From Acidobacteriota bacterium (GTDB lineage Bacteria; Acidobacteriota; Vicinamibacteria; Vicinamibacterales; CAVVIG01), in the NCBI GenBank assembly GCA_003223775.1, contig QHWK01000167.1:1-34484 (forward strand): 34,484 bases of DNA, read 5' to 3'. Below are positions 1 to 7,104 of the stretch, one piece after another (within the stretch, counting starts at the first letter, position 1; each line of letters starts with the position of its first letter). The position numbers and the translations under genes are program-made. Below the pieces are notes generated by a model. The model was not told where the DNA came from and searched no databases. It worked only from the letters and a program-made list of their open reading frames with translations.

Positions 1-589
1 TGAACTCGGGGAACGGAGGAAACTCCGCGTTCGCGTGCTCGAGATCGACCAGGTCGCGGTCGATCGCGAGAACGGCCGACGTCTCCGCGGCGTTCGCATG
101 CAGGCCGTTCTTCAGGCCCGAGAACTCGGCGACCTCGTCCGCGGTGAGCCCGTCCCAGTAGTTGATGGGAAACGCCTGGACGCCCTTCGGCATCCGGTCG
201 GCGGCGTCGGCGCAGGCGTATGCGATCGCGTACGTGTTGTCGTAGTGGCCGTTCAGGAAGATGATCCGCCGGAACCCTGACGCCGCGAATGACGCGCAGA
301 GATCGGCGATGAGCGCCATGAACGTCGGAATCCGGATGTGCACGAGCCCGGTGAAGCCGACGTGGGGATAGGACAGGGCGTAGCTGATCGGCGGCGCCAC
401 CACGGCGCCAATCTGCGGCGCGACACGGCGCGCGACTTCCTGCGGGATGAGGACGTCGGTGGCCAGCGGTCCGTGCGGGCCGTGCTGCTCGGTCGCGCCG
501 GTGGGAACGATGACCGTGTGATGCGACTCGAGGAACGCTTCGACTTCACGATTGGTCATCTCGCCGAGGAAGACGGTGGAACGTTTCAT
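1..589 (-). CDS. creatininase-fold amidohydrolase (creatinine amidohydrolase / ArfB-like family); 3' end lies beyond the left edge of the window
   Basis: Absent from the ORF track because it is open-ended. My translation from ATG 589..587 reads MKRSTVFLGEMTNREVEAFLESHHTVIVPTGATEQHGPHGPLATDVLIPQEVARRV...RRIIFLNGHYDNTYAIAYA... The (T/S)EQHGPH...TD and NGHxxN motifs are typical of the creatininase fold. There is no stop before position 1. Confidence 0.75.
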   Translation of the reverse strand, partial: MKRSTVFLGEMTNREVEAFLESHHTVIVPTGATEQHGPHGPLATDVLIPQEVARRVAPQIGAVVAPPISYALSYPHVGFTGLVHIRIPTFMALIADLCASFAASGFRRIIFLNGHYDNTYAIAYACADAADRMPKGVQAFPINYWDGLTADEVAEFSGLKNGLHANAAETSAVLAIDRDLVDLEHANAEFPPFPEF

Positions 590-692
590 AGCAGGTATTT
601 ATCGTATCCGGCCCTGACAAGTTCCTCGGACACGCGCCACACGTCGTCGGGTATGTCCTGATGGACCTGACAGCCTTTCGTGTCTTTGGTGG

Positions 693-1652
693 TTAGACGG
701 GCTGCTGTCCCGCCAGGAACCGGTCGACTCGGCCTGCCAGGTTCTTCAAGTACGCGGCATCTCCACCCTCGACTTCCGTCGTGAAATAACCGCGATACCC
801 GACCTCGTCGAACGCGCGGCGCACGTCGAGCCAGTCGATGTCGCCCTCGCCGATGTTGGTCCAGGCGAAGCGGCCGTTGATCCGATCGAGGTGAAAATCC
901 TTGAGGTGCACCTTCGCGATGCGGGTCCCCAGCGATCGAATCCAGTCCTGCGGGTAGCCGGAGAAGACGACGTTGCCGACGTCGAAATATGCCTTCAGCC
1001 ATGGCGAGTCGAGCTCGTCGACGTAACGGACGAACTCGAGCGGGCTCAGCAGAAACTTGTTCCACACCTCCTCGACGGCGACGATCACCTTCAGCTCTTT
1101 CGCCAGCGGCAGCAGCCGCTCTCGAATGACCTGCTGCGACCTCGTCCACGCGTCGCGGTACGAGGTGGTGGCGTCGACGACGGCGGGGACGAGCAGCACC
1201 GTGTCGGCGCCCCACAGCGCCGCGTTGCGCAGCGAGGTTTCCATGCCGGCCACGCTGCTGCTCACGGCAGTACGGTCGCTGCTCGACAGCGGGAATCGCC
1301 AGTGGTCGGCGTTCATCACGGAGTGAATCCGCAGCCCGGCCTTGGTGGCGGCGTCGCGGATTTCCGCCGCCTCGTCTCCGCGCGCGATCGTCTGCATTTC
1401 GATCGCGTCGAAGCCGTCGTCCCGCGCCGCCTTGAACCGCGCCGCGTAGGGGAGATCCTTCGGCAGCATCGAAATCAGGACGGCTTTGCGCGCGGCTGCC
1501 GACGGGACGGTCTGAAGGCCGTCCGCGACTCGTCGGCTGCGCTCCGCTGCGGCGGGACGGTCTGAAGACCGTCCTCTGGCGATGCTTCTGTTGAGCCCGT
1601 TCCACAGCGGGAGGGTCGAGAGCGACTGGAGAAATGCGCGGCGATCCATCAC
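693..1652 (-). CDS. xylose-isomerase-like TIM-barrel protein (sugar phosphate isomerase/epimerase family) with twin-arginine leader
   Basis: Track ORF of 319 aa. Leader MMDRRAFLQSLSTLPLW, then GFDAIEM...GLRIHSV...LWGADTVLLVP...VIVAVEEVWNKFL...YFDVGNV...KVHLKDF...GEGDIDW...GYRGYFTTEVEGG, the pattern of AP_endonuc_2 / TIM-barrel family members. The GTG/ATG start (1652/1649) overlaps the stop of the upstream GMC gene. Confidence 0.85.
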   Translation of the reverse strand: MMDRRAFLQSLSTLPLWNGLNRSIARGRSSDRPAAAERSRRVADGLQTVPSAAARKAVLISMLPKDLPYAARFKAARDDGFDAIEMQTIARGDEAAEIRDAATKAGLRIHSVMNADHWRFPLSSSDRTAVSSSVAGMETSLRNAALWGADTVLLVPAVVDATTSYRDAWTRSQQVIRERLLPLAKELKVIVAVEEVWNKFLLSPLEFVRYVDELDSPWLKAYFDVGNVVFSGYPQDWIRSLGTRIAKVHLKDFHLDRINGRFAWTNIGEGDIDWLDVRRAFDEVGYRGYFTTEVEGGDAAYLKNLAGRVDRFLAGQQPV

Positions 1653-3473
1653 ACGTCACCAGCGCGTAGACGATCTTTCAGATAGTCCATCGTGCGCCAC
1701 GCCATCGCCAGAATGGACCAGGTCGTGTTCTGCGTGCCGCCGCAGACGAACGGCGCCGCATCGGCGATGTACACGTTCTTGGCGTCGTGCAGGCGGCAGA
1801 AGCGATCGGTGACCGACGCCCGCGGATCGTCGCCCATGCGCGCGGTGCCGATCTCGTGGATCGACCAGCCGGGCGGCAGCGGCTCGCGCTTGATCTTGAT
1901 GTCCTCCGCGTGCGCGGCGATCAGCATCTCTTCGATTGAGTCGGCCATGTCCTTGGCCATCTTCAGCTCGTTGTCGCGGAATATGTAGTCGAACCGCAGG
2001 ACCGGGATGCCCCACGCGTCCTTCACCAACGGATCGAGCGTGACGCGGTTCTCCTTGCGCGGCAGCACCTCGCCAAAGCCGCCGAAGCCGATGTAGGCGG
2101 GATAGTATTTCCGCACGTTCGACTTGAACGCCTTCCCGTAACCGGTAAGCTCCTCCGCCACGTCCGGGTACTCGTAGCAGCCGCCGCCGCCCTGGAAATG
2201 GTAGCCGCGGATGAAGTCCGGATGCTTGTCGGTGATGTTGCGAAACCGCGGGATGTACGGCGATACCGCGCACCGCGCGCCCATCGTCGAGGGTTGATTC
2301 GGTCCCGATCCGCGCCGGGATGTAGCCGCTGCCCTGAATGCCCATGATGTGCTCGCTCAGGTAGCAGCCGAGGACGCCCGATGAATTGCCGAGGCCGGCC
2401 GGATGCGCGCTCGATCGTGAGTTGAGCAGAATGCGCGTCGTATCGAGCGCGCCTGCGCCGAGGATCACGACCGGCGCCTTGAAGTCCATCACCTCGCGCG
2501 TGTTGGCGTCGATGACGCGCACGCCGCTCGCGCGGTTCGACGGCTCGCCGACGAGCACTTCGGAGACGATCGAGTACGGCCGTACCGTCATGTGGCCGCT
2601 GTCGCGCGCCGGATAGATCAGCGACGCCGGCGAGTGGAACGCCGCCTGGATGTCGCAGCCGCGCCCGCACCGGCCGCGCCCGGCGCAGCGCGCCCGGTAC
2701 TTGTTGTTCAGGACGCCGTCGGTGGTGACGCCGGCGCGGCCTGGAATGTAGTGGCGCCCCATGGGCGCGATCGCGCGTTTGAACGCCACCTCGACGCAAT
2801 TGAGCTTCGACGGCCGCTGGAACACGCCATCGGGCACCTGCATCAGCCCTTCGGTGGTCCCGGAACATCCGAGCAATGTGTCGACCTTGTCGTAGTACGG
2901 CTTCACGTCATCGTACGAGATCGGCCAGTCGACGTCGAAGCCGTCGCGGCTCGCGGCGTTGAACTGGAGCGGCCCGTAGCGCAGCGCGCCACGCCCCCAG
3001 AAGTTCGTTTTGCCGCCGAGGACGCGCGCGCGCACCCACGAGTACGGCGTGCCCGTGGTCGGGTTCTGGCGCTCGTCCACCACCCAGTTGCGGGTGAACC
3101 GGTTCGCTGCGTACGACATCACCTTCTGGTGTTTCGCGAGCGCCGGATTGGAGCCGTACGGGCGATCCAGAAAGCTATACTCGGCGACGGCGATCGGGCG
3201 CTCGCCGGGCGGCAGCCGGTGCCGCCGCATCGACGCGTAGGGCCACTCCATCGTCTTGTACTCGGTGCGGACGTCGATCATCCGGCCGGCTTCGAGCAGC
3301 AGCACCTTGACACCGGCCATCGCAAGCTGAAACCCCGCCATGCCGCCCGCCGCTCCGCTGCCAACGACGATGACGTCCCAGCGATCGCTGCCGGGCGTAA
3401 TCGAGGCGGCGAGCCGCTGCGACTCCTCGAGCGCGCGTGTCAGGTTGACGTCGAGAGTGGGGTCGGCTTGCAT
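1649..3473 (-). pseudogene. GMC-family FAD-dependent oxidoreductase, interrupted by one frameshift (or an assembly error)
   Basis: Track ORFs 1656..3473 and 1649..2284 carry the two halves of one protein. The first has DVIVVGSGAAGGMAGFQLAMAGVKVLLLEAG (FAD Rossmann fold) and runs to ...GTESTLDDGR. The second continues YIPRFRNITDKHPDFIRGYHFQGG...GTARMGDDPRASVTDRFCRLHDAKNVYIADAAPF (GMC C-terminal domain). The frame changes between about 2255 and 2282. The true stop is TGA at 1649..1651. Confidence 0.8.
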
Positions 3474-3487
3474 CGGGCGGCCTCTCT

Positions 3488-3553
3488 GAGATTGCAGATT
3501 GCTATTTCAGATTGCAGATTGAATTTCAGATTGAATCTGAATCTGAAGTCTGA
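3488..3553. repeat. A/T-rich heptamer array: 5 direct (C/G)AGATTG copies followed by 3 copies in the complementary orientation
   Basis: GAGATTG starts at 3488. CAGATTG starts at 3495, 3508, 3515 and 3527. AATCTGA starts at 3534, ATCTGA at 3541 and AGTCTGA at 3547. TCAGATTGAATCTGA (3526..3540) is a perfect palindrome around a single G. Only 23 of the 66 positions are G or C. Confidence 0.9.
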
Positions 3554-3571
3554 AACATGAAATCCGAGATC

Positions 3572-4204
3572 TCATGGCAGATGTTTTTGCCCGCAGTACT
3601 GACAGTCCTTGCCGTCGACGGTCTGGCACCCGACGAACTCTTTGATGAACACATTGCCCTTGTAGCGCAACTCCTGGTGAATGCCGATGTTCGACGTGTA
3701 GTAGGCGTAGACGGTGGCCTGCTTGGCCATCACGAAGAACGTCTCGAGCGGCGTCTGTGGCGCGCGCTCGTTGCGGCTGATGGTCTGGAGGATCGCGTCG
3801 ACCTGACCGGCGCCGAGCCGGCTGAACGGCGTACGGAAGCGCGACATGGCTTCGGCGTCGAGCGCCGCGAGGCCGCCGAACCATTCCAGCGTCAGCTGAC
3901 GGTCGCTTTCGCTCAACAACAGGTCGATGTAATCGACCACGCGCGCCTGCTTCGCGCCAGGAGACCGGTCGTCGGTCGGAATGATCGCGTCCACGAGAAC
4001 CTCGAGGGTCGCGAACTGCGTCGGCGAGAGCACCTTGAGCTGCGGCGCGGCATTCGTCTCCTGGATGCGAACGAACGCGAGCATCCCTTGGTCGGACAGC
4101 CACGGCAGCGCCGCCACCGTGCCGATGCCGGCGCCGATGGCCTTGAGCGCCGCCCTCCTGCTGAGGTGTGAGGGTTCGGACCCGGCGGCTTTTTTCATGG
4201 CCAC
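3572..4204 (-). CDS. gluconate 2-dehydrogenase subunit 3 ('gamma', TAT hitch-hiker) family protein
   Basis: Track ORF of 210 aa. Twin-arginine leader SHLSRRAALKAIGAGIG, then LSPTQFATLEVLVDAIIPTDDRSPGAKQARVVDYIDLLL, typical of this family. It sits directly upstream of the GMC flavoprotein. Confidence 0.85.
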   Translation of the reverse strand: MAMKKAAGSEPSHLSRRAALKAIGAGIGTVAALPWLSDQGMLAFVRIQETNAAPQLKVLSPTQFATLEVLVDAIIPTDDRSPGAKQARVVDYIDLLLSESDRQLTLEWFGGLAALDAEAMSRFRTPFSRLGAGQVDAILQTISRNERAPQTPLETFFVMAKQATVYAYYTSNIGIHQELRYKGNVFIKEFVGCQTVDGKDCQYCGQKHLP

Positions 4205-4349
4205 ATCATGCGCCGAGGTATGGGCGCAATCAACTTTGAGAGCATGAGGTTCACGTTCGTGTCACCGGCGCGCGGGCGACGCCGACCGGGCTGTTGCCGA
4301 AGGTCCCGATCGGAGTTGAAACGCGTTGATGTCGAGCCACGTGTTGTGC

Positions 4350-5157
4350 TCACGCGAGCGCCTGCTTCGCGTAGGCGAAGCACTTCGCCACTTCCTCGAC
4401 CGGCGTGCCCCGCCCGCGATACTCGTACTCGATGTCGGCCGGAATCGGCCACCGCTCGCGCTTCAGCAGCTGCAGCACCTCGCGAATCGGCGTGTCGCCC
4501 CGGCCCCACGGCAGGTTGTCGCCCTGGTTCTTCTTCCGTCATCACGGCGGCGAAGCTGTCGGGGGTGGCGAGCTCGTTCGGGTCGCTGACGTTCGAGTGG
4601 CCGTGCATCCCGACGGTGATGTTGTGCTTGTCCGCGATCGGTGCCAGGCGCCTCGCGACGTCTAGCGTCGTCGACGCCGTCACGACATCGGTGCCGAGCG
4701 CCCGAGCGATTTCGAACCCGCGGTCGAGCTCGGCGTCGGTGAAGCTCGAGTTCATGTTGTAACAGTAGGCGTGAATCGTGATGCCGGCGGCGTCGAACTT
4801 CCTGCGGACGTTCCTGAAGTGATCGAGCGGGGTCTCGAGCCGCCACGTGCGGAGATCCTCGCGCGCCTTCACCGCCTCGGGCGACGGCGGCGCCCCACGC
4901 TGGCCGCGGCCCGCCGCGAACTGCGGCTCGAGATGCTCCCCGAGCAGTTCGCACTCACTGAGGCCGCTGTCGGTCAGCGCCTTGATGACCACGTCCACGG
5001 CGTCGGACGCGCCGGCCGGCCGCGGCATATCGCGGAAGCTGTAGGTCTGCGCTCCGAGCCGCACCCCGGCGACTTTCGAATCGATCGGCGCCTCGAGGAA
5101 TCGCGGCAACGCCACGGCGGCAAGAGTGATTGTTCCGAATTCGCGTCTTGTGATCAT
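4350..5157 (-). pseudogene. xylose-isomerase-like TIM-barrel protein with twin-arginine leader, core removed by an out-of-frame internal deletion
   Basis: The N-terminal part lies in the frame of track ORF 4195..5937: MITRREFGTITLAAVALP...GAQTYSFRD...ITVGMHGHSNVSDPNELATPDSFAAVM. At about 4536..4545 the sense jumps to another frame. My translation there reads [62 protein letters not shown], with the stop at 4350..4352. The strands that relatives carry between these two points are missing. Confidence 0.7.
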
Positions 5158-5195
5158 CAGCCCTCGCTCGGTGACAAAAGCCTGTGAAGACATCC

Positions 5196-6911
5196 TTATT
5201 GGTACAGCGCGAACGAATACAGCGTGTCGCCGGCCGCCACGAGAATCTGCTGGCGCCCGTCGACCATGTAGGTCTCCGGCGCGTTGGTCACCTCGCCGAT
5301 CCGCGTATGCCAGAGCGGCTTGCCGTTCGCCGGGTCGAACGCAATGAAATTCCCGGACAGATCGCCGCCGAACAGCAGCTTGCCGGCGGTCGTCAGCAAC
5401 CCCGGCGCGCCGCCGCGGGTCCCCGGCGTACGGAACTTGTGCTTCCAGACGGTCGCGCCCGTCTGATAGTCGATGGCGCTGATGTAGTGGCCCATCGCCG
5501 CGACGGTGACTTCGTCCTTTCCACCGAGGCCCATCGCCCCGCGCGGATCGGTTTCGGTGAGGTAATACATGGCGTAGGTCTCCTCGGTCGGCACGTACAG
5601 CAGGCCGGTATCCGGGTTGTAGGCGGTCGGCGGCCAGTTCGTCGCGCCGCCGTTCGCGGACGAGACGAGCGAGCCGCCGACGTGATGATCCTTGGCGGGA
5701 TCGCGCACCGGCTGCCCTTTCGCGTTCAGCGACTTTGCCCAGTTCACGGTGTCGGAAAATGTGCTGGTCACCAGGTGCTCGCCAGTCCGTCGGTCGAGCG
5801 TGAAGTAGTAGCCGTTGCGGCTCGCCGTCAGCACCATCTTCCGCGGCCCGCCGCCGCGGAAGCCGCCGTCCACGAGCACCGGCGTCTGCGCGGAATCCCA
5901 GTCGTGCGTGTCGTGAGGCGAGGTCTGGTAGTACCACACCATCTTGCCGGTATCGACGTTCACCGCCACGATCGCGCAGGTGAAGAGATTGTCCAGCCCT
6001 TCGCCCCGCGGTTTCGACATGTAGGCGGGCGTCGGATTACCGGTGCCGAAAATGTAGAGATGGGACTCGGGGTCGTAGACGCCGGGCAGCCACGGGTGGC
6101 CGCCCCCGTGCCGGGCCGCGTCGAGGTCCTTCCACGTCTCCAGCCCCGCGTCGCCGGGGTTCATCGGCACGGTGGAGAAGCGCCACTGGTCCGCGCCCGT
6201 TTCCGGATCGAACGACATCAGGAACCCCGGCGCGTCGAGATCGTTCCCCGTGCCGACGATGATGTGATTGCCGACCGTCATCGGCGCCGACGTCATGAAG
6301 TACTGCTGGCTGAAGGGTACCGCCTCCTTGTGCCACCGCTCTCTGCCCGTCCGCGCGTCGAGCGACACGAAGTAATCGTCGGGTGTGACGAAGTACAGAT
6401 AGTTCCCCCACATCGCGACGCCGCGGTTCCCGATGTGCGTGCCCCCCCTTGTCTTCCAGAAGTAATGCCAGATCTCGCTGCCGTCGCGCGCGTCGACCGC
6501 CCAGACGTTGTCGGGCGTCGTCACGTAGAGCACGCCGTTCACCGACAGGATCGCGCCCTTGACCGTCGTCGCGCCGCCGCCGCCGACGTCGCCGGTGCCC
6601 TCGCCGCCGATAATGGTCGGCGGCGGTCCGCCGGGACCGGCTCGTCCGCCGTCAGGGCCGTTGGACAGTTTCGCCGCAAACGCGAGCGACAGCTGCCTCA
6701 CGTTCGACTGGTTGACTTGCGTCAGGGCGCTGAAGCGACGGCCCGTGTAGTCGCCGGAGTACGACGGCCACGAGTCGGCGAGCGGCTTCAGGAGATCCGC
6801 CGGATTGAGGCCCGTGGACGCTTGCCCGACGACGAGCGCCCCCATCACGAGGAACGCAGCGCCCGCAAAGGCTGCAAAAAGAAACACACTCTTCGTCCTG
6901 ATCATCGTCAT
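5196..6911 (-). CDS. PQQ-dependent (quinoprotein) dehydrogenase, beta-propeller, with signal peptide
   Basis: Track ORF 5196..7058. The likely start is MTMIRTKSVFLFAAFAGAAFLV at 6911. Propeller motifs recur: AVDARDGSEIWHY, SLDARTGRERWHK, SFDPETGADQWRF, AVNVDTGKMVWYYQTSPHDTHDWDS, AIDYQTGATVWKH, AFDPANGKPLWHT. Confidence 0.85.
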   Translation of the reverse strand: MTMIRTKSVFLFAAFAGAAFLVMGALVVGQASTGLNPADLLKPLADSWPSYSGDYTGRRFSALTQVNQSNVRQLSLAFAAKLSNGPDGGRAGPGGPPPTIIGGEGTGDVGGGGATTVKGAILSVNGVLYVTTPDNVWAVDARDGSEIWHYFWKTRGGTHIGNRGVAMWGNYLYFVTPDDYFVSLDARTGRERWHKEAVPFSQQYFMTSAPMTVGNHIIVGTGNDLDAPGFLMSFDPETGADQWRFSTVPMNPGDAGLETWKDLDAARHGGGHPWLPGVYDPESHLYIFGTGNPTPAYMSKPRGEGLDNLFTCAIVAVNVDTGKMVWYYQTSPHDTHDWDSAQTPVLVDGGFRGGGPRKMVLTASRNGYYFTLDRRTGEHLVTSTFSDTVNWAKSLNAKGQPVRDPAKDHHVGGSLVSSANGGATNWPPTAYNPDTGLLYVPTEETYAMYYLTETDPRGAMGLGGKDEVTVAAMGHYISAIDYQTGATVWKHKFRTPGTRGGAPGLLTTAGKLLFGGDLSGNFIAFDPANGKPLWHTRIGEVTNAPETYMVDGRQQILVAAGDTLYSFALYQ

Positions 6912-7000
6912 TTCACTGTCACCAGAAACGCGGTCACGTTGTGGATGTCCGCGTCGGCCATGTTCGCACCGATGGCGGAAACGCGCGGCGAACCAGACCG
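6908..7000 (-). pseudogene. possible C-terminal relic of a class I c-type cytochrome (no CxxCH left)
   Basis: The frame of track ORF 6908..7429 ends ...SGSPRVSAIGANMADADIHNVTAFLVTVK*. This resembles the C-terminal 'G..M(P)xF...L(S)DxDIxNVxAYL' end of class I cytochromes c. Its TGA overlaps the PQQ gene ATG (ATGA at 6908..6911). Only 193 nt separate the PQQ gene from the upstream gene, which is too short for a complete cytochrome. Confidence 0.3.
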
Positions 7001-7104
7001 TAGTACTGCTACGAGATTGAGCGCCATCGCCATCGCTCGACGTGTCCATAGCCCGCACGAACGCCTGATCTCGCCGGTCGAGCGAGCGGATGGCGCGGTA
7101 CTGG

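Noticed and set aside
3488-3553. Whether the heptamer tract could be a miniature CRISPR array or a minisatellite-type VNTR.
   Set aside because: The units are 7 nt with 0-6 nt between them, far below CRISPR repeat and spacer sizes. No cas genes are present. The tract is reported instead as an unexplained repeat or palindrome array.
4195-5937. 580-aa track ORF that appears to be one large protein.
   Set aside because: It is a chimera. Its first ~260 codons are an off-frame read through the PQQ gene, the middle is the real TIM-barrel N-terminus, and the last ~115 codons are out-of-frame read-through past the deletion junction and the true stop at 4350.
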